Shown: positions 40,776-54,406 of the stretch, piece by piece
Layout of the letters: each line of letters starts with the position of its first letter
Numbering within the stretch: the first letter of the stretch is position 1
DNA from: the human T2T-CHM13v2.0 reference genome, Homo sapiens
Length of the DNA: 64,000 nucleotides
Assembly (NCBI RefSeq): GCF_009914755.1
Contig: NC_060938.1
Strand: one strand, 5' to 3'
The notes under the pieces: generated by a model
What the model was told of the DNA's origin: nothing
What the model saw: the letters and a program-made list of their open reading frames with translations, nothing else
Databases searched by the model: none
Program-made: the position numbers and the translations under genes

Positions 40776-43020
40776 AAAAACATTAATTTTTTAAAATGGC
40801 AGAGCCATAAGCATTTTTAATAGCTGATGGGAAGGATCTAGTTGAGGGAGACATTGAATATATTAGAGAAGGATTAATTAATAGTGTAAGTCTTGAGAAG
40901 GTTGGAGGGGATGGGATCCAAAGCAAAGGTGAAGGACTTGATGTTTGATAGGAGGAGGATAGTTTCTTTCAATGTGATAGGAGAGAAGGAAGCTAGGATT
41001 GGCTTGAAGTGGGTGCAGGTGGTTTGTAGGTGTGGCTCTTAGAAAGATAGGGAATTCCCATCTGAAGTTTCTGTTTTCTCTCTAAACTAGAGTAGGTCAT
41101 CTGTTGATAATTATGGCTTAGGAAGGGGAATTAGAGTTTTGAGGAAGAATAAATAGAGTTTGACATAGTCATTGTAGAGGGTGGTTGCTGGACTTTTGAG
41201 GAATGACATTGTCCTTTGCAGTTGGGTGATGTATATTAAACATAAAGTTAGATATCTGGTAGTTGGGGAAAAATACTAAACTTTTTTGCTGTTTAATTTT
41301 ATGGATTTAGTGAATTCCTGCTAACTACAATGTATTGTGACTAAGACATTTCTCATATACGAGGAGCTTATAAGCTTATAGGGAAAGTTATTTGTCACAT
41401 GCAATAAGAGGTACAAACAGTACTGAAACTTCAGGTCATATCTGACTTCAGAAGAGATAGGTCTTTAGGTATGGGGAAAATGTCAATCAATGTATAAGGA
41501 GAGGTTAAATGAGAGAAAAGGCTTTGTGCTGGGAAGAATGGAGATAAAAATATGTTGGTTCCATGTTAATAGAATGGTGGAGTCCAGTTTGTCCAGAATT
41601 ATCCTTGAATCAGAGTGTCTCTATACAGTGTAAAACATATCAGAGAAGTTTATGACTTTAAAGAAAATTTCATAAAAATACATGACCCCCTAAAGGAGTT
41701 TACATGCAGAACTATTTTGGGGAAAATGTATGAGTAGTCATTCAGTATATAACGAGCTTTATTCAGCATTGTAATTTTCCAGTTTGTGTATGATGAATTC
41801 ATAGAGCTCATTAAGTGTAAGTGTCATTGTTGTGATTCATTCAAGCCTTTTTCCTCTCTTCAGCAGAAGGTTAAAAAAAAATTCCAAATTTGAATCCAGG
41901 ACTTGAAGAATGCCAGTTGTCTAAATACAGTACCATATTGTGATAAATATAGCTATTGAAATTTTTAAAAATCTATTCACAAAACTTTATTTTAATATTC
42001 ATAGCAGAACTTTTTTTGGAATGTTATCTGAAAAACAGAGGACCATTTTATCATCAGAGCTGACTATTAATTAGGGTATTGTTGCAGATATAAAAGTTGA
42101 TCTGCCACTGAAATTCTATTTGAATATGTATAGTTCCAAGCTTGCTTTGTGTATTTAATAACTTTAGTACCATAATTACTCTGTTTACAATTAAATTTTG
42201 GTGAATATGCTAATATGGAATATACCAATGAGTGATTTCAGCAAAGGGCAGTATTGATTTGCATCTTGATGTGCTTTTCAGTTGCATCTGCATTTCATTT
42301 AATATCAGAGGAAAAGAAGTGGTCAGATTATGTAATGCTAAACTTTTTTTTCTTTGAAACCTCTCTGTTGCATTGGCTACTATAAAAGTAGACTTGCATA
42401 GAGTCAGAGGGGCTGAAATTATGTGGAAAGATTTAATTTTGTTAAAGTTTGTGCCTTTCAGTATATTCATTAATAGAAACCTTAATGCAAGCATCGGTTT
42501 CATTATTAGAAGAAACCTATAATGTACTAAAGTGATTGTTTAATTCTAATTAGTATTTTAAGTTCTTCAGAAAACTCACTAACTTACTGAAGCAAATACT
42601 TGTGATTATTTTATTTCTTTGAGCAGGGACTTCTGGTTTTAAATAATTCCTCTTTTAAGAAATTGCCTGAAAAGCAACAAGGAGATTGAGAAACAGTGAC
42701 TTCATATTCTGAGAAACTGAGAAGCTTCTGTAGCCCTGAACTAGAAAATAAGGAGCTGCCAAATTCAGTGAAGGTCAAACAGGGTATGGGAGGATGCTGA
42801 AAGGGAACCTGAGACACAGATGTCAGGAAAGCTGGCAGAACTGTGTTCTCTAAAGAAAGGGGCACACCCTGAGAGGCACATTAATAAGCCTTTGTCTGGG
42901 AGAACAGGAATAGGTGTTGGCAGGCAGGGGCACTAGGGAACTTTATGGTGTGATGAAAATGTTCTCTGTCTGGTGGTCGCACAAGTGTATGTACGTTTGT
43001 AAAATTTTGTCAGTTTACTT

Positions 43021-43632
43021 TGTGCAAGTTAGTAATTTATTGCCTCTCAACTCCAAATTCACCCCTTTTTGCTCTATTTATATACTCGAGCCAGACCTTT
43101 TAAATATTTTTTCTTTTCCTGGACAGTGTTAGATTTTGTCAGTAGAAGGTGAGGAAGGGATACTGCAAGACTTAGCAGAGAAAGTGCTTCTCTTGTTGCC
43201 GTGTGCTTGTTTTTTTGTTCGTTTGTTTGTTTTTCTTAATCTCTTAAGGTGTGGCTGTCAGCTCTACTTACTCTCCTGTAAGCTTCATTAGCACCCTGGT
43301 AGGCAGCTTCTTGCTCCCACCAGTATCTCGTGGGCAGCAGATTCCTGTGGATAAGCTGTAGCTCACTGGCCCTACAGAGAACTACCCTACCGCTCAGTGG
43401 GTCACTGCCACAGTCTGTCCAGTGAAGTGTTCCTTTCTTGGGCACTCTCCCTTAGCCTTGGAGACAGTAACTGCTCCCTATATTTGCTAGTTCCATATTC
43501 CTTCAAATTGTCTTTTACATCTATTAGCACTTGACAACTTTTTACAAATTAATAATTTTTTATTTATGTTACATTTTCTTGTTTTAATTGATTGTTTGTT
43601 TTCTAGCTCCTGAATGGACACTGACTGTTATC
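43021..43632 (+). mobile_element. LTR41-like ERVL LTR
   Basis: tgtgcaagttagtaatttattgcctctcaactccaaattcaccc...tggacactgactg. Confidence 0.6.
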
Positions 43633-44239
43633 ACACACTTGTGATTTGTGTACCTTACTTACTGTGTTAATTTTACATAAATAAGCAGGATGAAATAATA
43701 AGTATACTTCTTGATTACTTTCTATAACATGAACCAATTGTTTAAACACCAAGATTGGGATATAGAATGCCACCAGATCCCTAGGAACCATCCACCTCCA
43801 GCCATTTCTTCTGACCCTTAGTCCCCAAAGTGATATCTGCTGTTTGACTTGTATCACCATTGATTTGTTTTATTATTGAAATTCATGTAAATGGAATATA
43901 GTATGTACTCTTCTGTCTGGTGCTGCTTTTTCTTAACACAGTGTTTGGTATGTCCATCCGTCTTACTATATTCATTTTCCTGTTGTTGGACATACAGGTT
44001 TCCAGTTTGTGGCTGTTGTGAATAAAGCTGTTATCATTCTTGTACATGTCTTTGGGTGGACATGTACATGCATAGAAGTTGAATTGCTGGGTCGGTTAGC
44101 AGGTACTGCCAAATGAATTTTCAAAATGATCGAAACAGTATACAGTGTAGGAGAGTTCTGTTTGTTCCAACTCCTTACCAACACTTTGTAGTGTCAGACT
44201 TTTGCAGTTGAAGTCTTCAAAACCTTAAGGAATAGATCA

Positions 44240-44520
44240 AATGCTGCTTAAACTCCTTAGATTGTGGTAAAGGAAGAAAAGCTTCCAAAATCTTATTATG
44301 AAGTGAGCATAATATTGATACTTAAACAGATAAATGTAGCAGAAAAAATAAACTACAGACCATTCTTATGAATATCAGTCTTGTCTATGGCTATACCACC
44401 CTGAGTGTGCCCGATCTCGTCTGAATATCAGTCTTGTTCCTAAATAAAATATTAGCAAATAGAATTCAGCAGCACACTAAAAAAATTATAACTGCCACCA
44501 AGTATAATTTTTTTTTTTCT
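44240..44520 (+). mobile_element. Old L1 ORF2 fragment hosting the 5S insertion
   Basis: aaactacagacca...aaataaaatattagcaaatagaattcagcagcac. Confidence 0.75.
44383..44424 (+). pseudogene. 5S rRNA 5' fragment (nt 1-42), tailless retropseudogene
   Basis: gtctatggctataccaccctgagtgtgcccgatctcgtctga is 37/42 identical to the 5S 5' end as I recall it; direct repeat tgaatatcagtctt at 44369-44382 and 44422-44435; no poly-A. Confidence 0.93.
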
Positions 44521-47500
44521 AGGAAGGTTGTGTTAAATAGCTCTATATGAGTATGTGGTATACCAGCTGTATTTAAGTCTTTTGTGTTTCTCAAGATGCT
44601 AAAAGATAAGTATTGAACAAGTATTTATTAGTACACTGCCATTGGCCCTGCTTATACCTGGCTGAAGCAGGCCCTAAGGATTGACAGGGCCTTTGGTTGC
44701 CTGAGGCCACCTGAGATTATAGGGGCCAGCAAGAGCAAGAGGGAATCCTCCACATCTTTTTCCATTAGAAGCCACAGGAGGGAGTTTCATTTAGATACAT
44801 TTTAAAGAAATATTTCTGTCATAGTGGCCTCTTGCAGAGCAGCTGAGTATATTTCAGTGACTTCTTAACGTTTATGCGCAAGACACAGAGCTACTCTGTT
44901 TAATATACAACATATAAGATGTGCCTGGAAATAAAAAGCAAGACTAATAATTCAAAAGAAAAATGAGCCGAGGTTACTCATAGTTTACAGGAAATAAAGT
45001 ACAGATTTTGCTTAGGAGTGTTTTCTTTTAATTTTTTTTTTTTTTTTTGAGAGGGAAGTGGGAATGGACTGGGCATGCTCATTGAGTATGAGAGGATTTC
45101 CAGTTTTGATCCCTTGGTGAATATTAATTATAGGAGCAATAATCATTTTGTTAAGGAACCTGGTTTCTTTTCATGGGAAGTGGTATTTTAAGACTACAAT
45201 TTGTTTGCTAGGGATGCTCTTTGCTGCTGGGTTGATTATTGTTTCTAAGCTTTTTAGTGAATGGGGCTAGGAAATACAAAGATGTGTTTCTGTGTATGTG
45301 TTTATTTTAAAGATACATTCTGAACTAAAAATATTTCCAAGTACAGCATTTTTACCTTTACCTATTCTATCTTTTATCTCTGTCTCTTTCTTCCATATCT
45401 GAATCCTGATGTTCAGGGACACAAGAGAATGATAGAATAATAATATCACATAATTACTCATTTGCATCATTCCACATGTATGCACACAACAGTCTTAGTT
45501 AACAAAATCAAGTATCACAATATGATTTCTGGAAAGTTGCCTTTTTTGCGTATGTTATCCCATTTTTTGATAGTTGTACTATATCTACAGTGTCAGTACA
45601 TTTGCCCATTATATACTCTTTTCTCTCTTTTATAACCCTTGTTGAGTCTCAGTTCTACAAGTATATATTTACTGCTCACTGATATTGACATTTCTTTAGT
45701 CATTTTGGATATTGCTATGGGAGTGGCAGACCCCTTCTACTGGGCTTCTTCTCTAGTAGATTCTTATTGCTGTTTTCTATATTGATAACACTTAGCAGTC
45801 TTTATACTCGAAATTTAGCTGGGTATAAAATCTTTGGTTCATGTTTCCTTTCTTAGAGTCTTAAATATGTTACTTTTTTTCCCCGGCATAAAATGTTGCT
45901 GTTAAAGTGATGACAATTTGATTTTATTTTCCTTATAAAATATCTGCAGATGCTCAAAAAGTATTTTCATTTACTATTAAGTTAACTAAATTATATCTTG
46001 GTGATGGTCATTCTGGGTTGATTTTTCAAATGTATGTGATATGACCTTTCAAAATGTAGTTTTATGTTTAAATGAAGTTCAGGAAAGTTTTCTTGAATTA
46101 AATGATTTTTAATATTCTGTTCCCTTGCTTTGATTTTCTTTGTTATATGTATGTTGGTTTTTTTGTGTATGTTTTCTTAAACATTTTTTGGTCCTTTTTG
46201 ATTTTTTTGTTTTTTTCCTTTTCACTTTCTATTTCTCTTGTCATTAAAAAGTTTTATTTACTCTTATGTTCCTTCTCATGTAGTTTTTATTTCCGAACTG
46301 ATTTTTGTCTTTCATTTTCAATTATTCTGTCATCTGATTTCTGAATTTTTCTAATTCTGATTGATGTTAGTCTGTACATAAAGTGTTTTTTAGCTTGTTT
46401 TGAAATACTAATTTATAGCTATCAACCTTTTGGGAGGCATGTTTTCTTATGTACTTTTCTAAAGGGATTTTTTTTCTCTTTAAAAATACCAACTTAGTGT
46501 GGCACTAGGCTTTGATCCATTTTTGTTGCTGAGTTTCGTATGCAGCCAGTTTTCCCTTATATGCAATTAGTTTTAGATAGTCTGGTTCAGGGTGAGTGTA
46601 TGTCATTCTCTAGATCCCACTCTTCACTTGTTTTTGTGTAGTATTCCAAAATACTGAGGCTAACTTATAGATCCACTTTCATTTGAACTTTCTTTTTCCT
46701 TTCTTCGTATTATCCTTGTGATGTTCACTTTGGCTTCATCCCTAGCAGTTTCTCCTCAGCCTGAGGCTTTGACCTAGAAGGGGCTTTGGCTGGTTAGTTT
46801 TGAGAGTTGTAGAGGCAACAGGCTTCAGCCTCTTGAGACCTCACCAAGGACCCCTTGCACTTCCTGGCTGTGGGAGTGGCAGAGCCCTTCTTCTTTCAGT
46901 TGCTTTTCTCACAGTGTCTTGTGTGCTTCTAAGAAGTAGCTCCTGATAATTTTTGGATCCTAAGATTTATCAGAGGCACCATACTTTCTTCTGCTTCCTT
47001 CTTTACAGTTGCTGATACCACACAGATCTTACTGCTGTTTGTCATGGTCTGTCTTCACCTGCTCAAATTTTGTAGAGATAAAGGGATACTGTCCCTCCGT
47101 TTGGTTGGAGAGGTTGTCCATAGGTGTTGAGTTTTGCTATCCAGTTGTCCTGTCCAGTTTTATGGGGGAATTCAGGGAGATGAAACAGCTGTGCTGCTGC
47201 CTCCACCATGTCCAGCGTTAACCTTCAGGAGCTGTGATTTAGAAGCATATTGAAGATACTGACAGCGATGACGCTGTTCTGTGGGACTATTTTTAGGAAA
47301 GAAAGTCATTCCAAGCCTTAATTAATTATTACAATTAGTTTCAATTAGTTGGCCACAGAAATAAAACTAAAAATAAAAGCAAACAGCTTTATTTGGAGGA
47401 AAATCACTTTTTATTGACCACAATTTACATTGAATAGATGCTGAGCCAGAATATTTCATTTAAAATATATTTTTGTCACTTCTGGAAAGGAATTTCAGAA

Positions 47501-49294
47501 AAACACAAAAGATTGTCCAGTCACTATTTTGAGATATATAAAGATAAAAAACATGTTGTCCACTCATTTTAAACTATTTTGATTACTATAAGGAACCAGT
47601 CAAATAAGAGATTACTCTGATGATTTGATAAAGTGGGTTGAAATTCAGAAGGGCATCTGTTTTAATATTTGGAAGTACTATGTGTTTTAGTTGTTTCTTT
47701 TATTTGGTTTACTACCATAGGTGTAAAAGTAACCTTTCTTGGTGTTTTGAGTCTAGGCTAGCTTGGTTGGCACAGAAATTCCATTTTGCAAGATTTTACC
47801 ATGAGTAAAAACACATTAATTAAGAGAACTAATTGACATGAAGAAATAAGAGACACTTTTATTTATTTTGAAGATGTTTTTGTTAACTTAGAGAAGATTT
47901 AGACAGCGAAGATGCATTAGTATTCTATAGGAAAAAATTCAATTTAAAAGTCCCCAGTAAATTAATAAGGAACATTTTCAGATAAGGAGTTTGTGTATTT
48001 GGAGTGATAGTGGGTGAGTTGGTGAAAAATTCCAGTTGAATCTAGTGTGTATGTATGTAGCATGTCTAGGCTCAAAACTGAGCTCAAAACTGAGCTACAG
48101 ACTTCTTTCATCTGAATAGCCATTTCAAGTGTTGCATACTGTCTTAATCATTCTTATTAACCTTCTTTCTTTTCTATATCTCCAGTATGTTTTTAGGGAA
48201 CTGTGGAACCTAACAAATACTTATTTTAAATCTTTTTTGATTAACATTTATAGAACCGAGAGTTTGAAATCACACAACAAACACATGTTCACATGCATAC
48301 TAGTACAAATTGAGTTCCTTCAGTCAACGAAGTGAGTTACACCTGAGGGCACTTGAAGCCCAGTGTGAAGTGACTTGATCAAGATTACCCAACCAGCTGG
48401 TGTCATACCTGCAATCCAGGTCTTTTGATTCCAGTCAGTACTCTTTTCACAATAAAACACTGCTTTCTCTGAATGTTATGTTAAACTTATGTGTCAGTGA
48501 GAAAAATGAATCAAGATTCATCTCCTAAAGGATAGCTAATGGGAAAGAAAGCTTAGGAATTCTGGGTGTCACCAGCCTTGCCCAGATGATTAAGCCACAG
48601 TTTTTCCTGTCACTCTTGAAAGTTGTGCTCCTTCCTCACAGTGACTTCCATAATTGTGGAGCATGTTGGTGAGGTCTTGGAGCCAGGTGGTCACCGGTGC
48701 AATTTTCTGTTGTTCCACCACTTACCAGCTTGCTGAGCCTTAGTTTCCTCGAAATGGAGGTGATAATGTAATCTTCACAGAGTCATGAGGATGGATGGGA
48801 ACCTGTGTAAAGCATTTACTAGCATGTCCCGGGAACCTTTGCCCCTTCCCCTTGTGCTCAGTTGCCTTATGTTTTCAATCTCTGCACTGTGTTCTATCAT
48901 ATTGGTATTGACCTTAATAAACTCTTCATTTTGTTCCTATAAAATGTGCATTCTAATTGGATGCACCTTTCCCTCTCAGCTTCATAGAGCAATTCTTTGT
49001 TGTTATTAAATAGCATTTTTAGTTGTAGTTGATCATTATGCCATTGGACTTAAACCTAATTATTTCCTTGAAAATAGTTGCATATATGATTTTATTGTTT
49101 CTTCTCCAAAGTTAAGAGATAATCAAATAGGATTTGAGCCATTATAAGTCAGAATTAACAGGTATCCTTTAAGTTTTGGAGTAAGTAGGAATTTGAACAG
49201 CATCTCCGTACGGAAGTTTTCCTTAGGGAAAAATGTTTTAAACACTTCTAAGATTAGAATTCTGACCATTTCTTTGTTTTATGTTATAGTGAAA

Positions 49295-49454
49295 ATGCCT
49301 CGTGTAAAAGCAGCTCAAGCTGGAAGACAGAGCTCTGCGAAGAGACATCTTGCAGAACAATTTGCAGTTGGAGAGATAATAACTGACATGGCAAAAAAGG
49401 AATGGAAAGTAGGATTACCCATTGGCCAAGGAGGCTTTGGCTGTATATATCTTG
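49295..49454 (+). CDS. VRK1: VRK1 exon 2 coding part (exon 49290-49454): MPRVKAAQAGRQSSAKRHLAEQFAVGEIITDMAKKEWKVGLPIGQGGFGCIYL, includes Gly-rich loop
   Basis: Acceptor tttgttttatgttatag|T at 49289/90; AAAATGC start context; GQGGFG kinase P-loop; donor TTG|GTAAGT; 160 coding nt, phase 1. Confidence 0.98.
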
Positions 49455-50179
49455 GTAAGTGTGTGACTGCTTCTAATGATCAATCCAAAGATTTATATGT
49501 TTTCTTATGAAAATGGTTTCTCATTTATGAGCTGTTATGGGATGTTCCTAATAATCTGCAGTCAACTTAATAGTTTCTGATTAAGCAAAAATGCATCTCT
49601 GACGTAGGAGTGGAAATTGTTAATGCAGTCACAACAGAAAAGGAGGATAAAATAGCTGTAATACTATCATTAGTGAGCACTAGGACTTTAGATTTTTAAG
49701 ATACTTTATATAATCTTAATCTCTTTTGAGACCCAAAGAAACCCATTTACGTATCTTTCCCCTCCCACCTCCACCTATGTGGGATTTATTCCCTCCGTGT
49801 TTGTCTGATTTAGAGGTTTGCAAATCTTTTACAAGTGTGAGTTTCTTTTTTCTTTCAGTGCAACCCTCTTAGCCATCATACTGGAACTAGGAGAATTACC
49901 TAGAAACTGCATATTAGGCCTGATTAAATGTGCAGATAACTAGCATACTTATTCTGAAATTTTTGGGGACCCGTTGTGGAATCCTGAAATTATGTTAGGT
50001 TAACTAAATTATGGACTTAAAAAATATTTTACCTGATTGCTTCTAAAGCTGTCTGCTTCACCAATAAATATATTTGCTTCTGATTTTTCTAACTTTTCCA
50101 TTCTGTGTTCTCACTCTACTTCCAATCTCAGATTAATTAATTAATTTCTACCATGGAGGTTTATAAAATTTTATTTTTA

Positions 50180-50355
50180 GCAATATCTTACTCAGAATAC
50201 TAATAATACGACATAGATTAGTGTCACTTGGGAACTTGTTAGACCTGCAGATTTTTGAGCCTTACCTCAGACTACGAATCAGAAACTGTAGGGAGAGGGC
50301 CCAGCAGTGTTTGTTCAAGGTGATTCTGATGCATGTTGAAGTTTGAGAACCACTG
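50180..50355. mobile_element. MER5A (hAT-Charlie)
   Basis: cacttgggaacttgttaga...gaatcagaaact...ggtgattctgatgca...aagtttgagaaccactg. Confidence 0.85.
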
Positions 50356-51099
50356 GTTGGTAAAAGATCACTGGTCTTACTCAAGAGGAGTCCCACTTCA
50401 CCTGCTCCAGGAGCAGTGGGCCGCCCTTGGTCAGTTGCAGTTTCTGGAGCTATCTTTATGAAACATAGCTTGAAATCTAGTGCTTTATCATATTTTATGC
50501 ATATGATTCCTGTTGGCCAGTGGCACCCTTTTTGTGAAATATATGTTGATTCTCTGGTTTTGTTTAGAGCCAAACCCATTCCAGTGAACTAGGCTGTATC
50601 TCTGATTTATGGCAAAAATCCCTGTAAACCATTAAAGAGTAGTGGCTGTATTAGCCAGGTATATATTTTTGATCTTGTGATGGAGGAGAGATGGTAGATT
50701 AGATAAGCTGTCTTTACTACAGGATATGTGGACTTATGCCATCCTGTATTAATAGAAACCTGTCTCTAAAAAAATAGGTTCTTCATTTTATATTAATTTG
50801 CTTTTGTAACCTTTTGCAAAGTTAAAACTTGCCCTGTGTGTGTCTCATCTGTTTTATCTGTATTTATCATCAAAAGGTGCCATCTAATAGTATTTTTAAT
50901 AGGCAATGATTTGACCTCTGTAATAAAACTTTACTTTTGTAAGGTTGGGATGACTAATCTGTAAAAGGAGGGACTTGCTTGAGTATTGTCGCCTCCAGTC
51001 TCTGTCTCTATGATACACTGAAACAGCCAGATTCAAGATCATCAGCAGTTTGTTAATGAATTAAAAAGATTGCTTTTGAATTTTCTTTGCATTTTCTTT

Positions 51100-52990
51100 T
51101 CTGTAGCATTTGATACTGTTTATCTTTGTTTCTCATAACAATTGCTTCCATTATCTTTTATGGTAGCATACCTTTTTCCTAGTTTTCTTTCTGCTTTTCT
51201 GGCTGTACTTGGTCATCTTTATAGGCACTTCTGTGTGCTCCGGCTTTTCTTCTTAGGTTCACTTTTTATTCTATATATTCTTTCTGAGTGATATCAGGCT
51301 TCTCCTGCTGTCTCTTTACCGTTGATTTCCCTGTCTTTTATCTGTAGCCTAGGACTTGATTTCCTGAGTCCAGGCCTGTAGCCACTGGCCTATAAGGGAT
51401 CTCTACTTAGATGTTCCACAGGCATTTCTAAAACTTGTATCATCATCATTTATCTCCTGATCCTGTCATGAGGATTGTCTCAATGAATGACAGCCTTGAA
51501 GCCAGAAACTGGGAAGGCATTCTTGAGCATTCCTTCACTAATATCCTAGTTCCTTTTCTAGTCCTATTGCTTTACCTGGGTGACTTCTCAGATCCATTCA
51601 TTTCTCTCCATCTTTGCAGCCACTGTCCTGGTCAGGTCATTATCATGTCTTGTCTGGACTCTGACTGTAGCACTGAATCTTCTCTGTCCCAGTCTTGCCA
51701 CCTTGCACACCATTGTTTTCAGTATGGCTTTTATGACCAAGTATACTGATCAGATAATACGATCATCCTGTTTAAACCTCTCTGATGACTCTCCAGTGTC
51801 CTTCAAATAAGGTGCCAGACTTTTAAAGAGTGGCATACAAGTCCCTTCTTATACAACGTTTATCTTCATCCCTTTTGTCTCCTCAAAGTCTGTGCTTCAG
51901 CCGTCTTGCTGCCCTTTGGCTCTTGATCTTTGTATATGATGCTTTAAAAATTTTTTTAATATATTTTATTTTACATTGTTTTTGTACCAAGCCTTTGAAA
52001 AATTTTTAGTAGCTTTACTGAGGTATAATCCATATACTTAGACTATTGGTATAGCCTCTTAACTGATCTGCCTGCTTCTGCCCCTTGCCCCTATACTCCA
52101 TTCTCCACAAAGCAGCCCAAAGAAGTCTTTATTACCATAGTCTGATTTTGCTAACCCTCTTCCAATGGCTCCCCATCTTATTCATAGTGACAGCCAAAAC
52201 CTTTATGTTACCTGTTAAGCCCATCGTGTTTGTTCCCTGCTGCTTTCTGATCTGTCTCTCCTCTTCTGCCTCACTGTTTCCCCCAGCTACTTTTGCCTCC
52301 TTGTTTTCCAAACATGTCAAGCACACTCCTACATCAGGGTCTTTTTTTTTTTTTTTTTTTTTGAGATGGAGTCTCGCTCTGTTGCCCAGATTGGAGTGCA
52401 GTGGCATGATCTTGGCTCACTGCTACTTCTGCCTTTCAGGTTCAAGTGATTCTCCCACCTCAGCCTCCCGAAGTAGCTGGGACTAACAGGTGCGTGCCAC
52501 CACCATGCCCGGCTAATTTTTGTATTTTAAGTAAAGACGGGGTTTCACCTTGTTGGCCAGGCTGGTCTCGGAACTCCTGACCTCAGGTGATCCACCTGCG
52601 TTGACCTCCCAAAGTGCTGGGATTACAAGTGTGAGCCATTGTGCTCAGTCCAGATCAGGGTCTTGGTGCTGTTCTCCCTGGAGTGCTCTTCACTAAGATA
52701 CATACATGGCTTATTCCCTTCCTGCTCTCACTGCTCAAGTAACACCTTGTCAGTAAGGTTTAGATCCCTCTTACCATGTAGCCACTCTGCTTACCTTTCT
52801 TTCCTGCTTAATTTGTCCTCTATAGCACTTCACACTGTCAAATGTACTTCATATTTTATTTCTGGTCTGCATCTTACCACTGAAATGGTGGCTTTGTAAG
52901 AGTAAGGATTTTTTCCTGTTCATTGCTAAATCTCTATTTCCTAGAAACTGACGTTTAGTATGTACTTGGTAAATATCTGTTTAATGAATA
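51100..52990 (+). mobile_element. L2 fragments interrupted by an Alu
   Basis: gcatttgatactgtt; ctccattctccacaaagcagcc; aaatatctgtttaatgaat. Confidence 0.65.
52342..52651 (-). mobile_element. AluS
   Basis: Poly-T plus reverse Alu; TSD atcagggtctt. Confidence 0.93.
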
Positions 52991-53583
52991 TGGGCAACCT
53001 TATATTTCTAACTCAGTATTCTGGGGCAACTGTACTTCTTTATTTACATGAAATAAAATGATAGCCACATTAAAATTATTCTGATGGCAGTTGAAAGTTC
53101 TAGTGCCAACATCCTGAACTATTGGTTCAGGTGAGTTTTTCCTAAACTAGTGCTTTTTAGAACTTTAGCCCCCTCATTTCTTACTCTTCAGATGCTCCTC
53201 TCCTCTTAAAAGAATTTCATAGTTTATTAAATTTAAGAAATGTATTACTTATCCTCTGGGGAATTCACAATATCCACTAGCATATCAAAGGCTATTAGTA
53301 CTTTTGAATTAAAGAAATCTTTAACTTATTTAACTCAGTTTCCCATATGTAATTGATAATCATGTAGAAGAAACCAGAAATTGTAAGATGCATTCTCAAT
53401 TCAGATATGTTAAAACATGAATAAAAGTCTTAAAATTTGTGAAATGTACTGTAATGATATCCTGAAACACATACTTGGGAACTGAAGTGTATTCTATCAA
53501 GGGTTACAGATATACAAACCTAAATATTAATATATTTATAATATTACTTGTTCTGATATCAAATATTTTACTTTTTTAAACAG

Positions 53584-53639
53584 CTGATATGAATTCTTCA
53601 GAGTCAGTTGGCAGTGATGCACCTTGTGTTGTAAAAGTG
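53584..53639 (+). CDS. VRK1: VRK1 exon 3 (56 nt): (A)DMNSSESVGSDAPCVVKV, includes the subdomain II Lys
   Basis: Acceptor ttttttaaacag|CT, donor GTG|GTAAGA; frame continuous with exon 2. Confidence 0.97.
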
Positions 53640-54406
53640 GTAAGAAATATTTTAGCTAATTTGTTTCTTTTCTGTTGATTTGGTGTAGTATTTTGTAAAA
53701 TGCCTTTTTTGATTAACTAGAATTAATTAAACCATAAGATACTACATTTTTAATAACTTAAAAAATATTTAATAAGACACAAAAGTAGCTTTATAGTTTT
53801 AAATCACTTGAGTGTGAAAAGTTCCTCTCTTGAAATAAAGTGGCACTGGTATTCGGGGGTAAATGAAGGAAAGCATAAAGGCATGCAGATGTGGAATAAA
53901 AATATTCAGCTCATTTAAGAAATTTCAGCTACTTTTACGGATACTTTTTATATTTATATCCTATAAGACTATACTAATTTAATATAATTTTATTGTATTT
54001 TATTTTGCATTTGCTTCTGGACTTCTACTTGGTCAATTTTTTCTGTTCCCAATTTTCTTCCATTTTAGTAAATTAAATTATTTATTTTATTGTGATTATT
54101 GGGCCTTTTTTGCTATAATAATGTTGAAATTAGTTTGTAATGAGTAAAGATTGGCAACATCCTATCTGACATAAGCATACTTCTAATAGCCAGATCCATT
54201 TATATGTTGGCGAACTAGAAGACATTTTACCGTTTTTTAAGTCAATTATGTGCCTTTTTGCTTACCAACATTTGTTACTCCCCTTCTTCAAAATTACTTG
54301 ATACATGTGAAGAATATGTTTTGGTTAAATAGAAGAACCAACAGGATGTATTATCTGGGCAAATTAACATATAACTCCTCCCTTACTTTTTCTACTACGG
54401 GATACA

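Noticed and set aside
43135-43160. CTCF site in the LTR41-like element
   Set aside because: tcagtagaaggtga departs from the CTCF core (CCAGYAGRKGGCRC) at several key positions.
48070-48096. 12-bp tandem repeat gctcaaaactga x2 (similar: tggcaagtacagac x2 at 40384-40422)
   Set aside because: Ordinary slippage duplications with no sign of function.
49193-49510. 105-aa ORF as an N-terminally extended VRK1
   Set aside because: It is exon 2 plus in-frame intronic flanks, starting at TTG; the spliced mRNA has an in-frame TAG 9 nt before the ATG.
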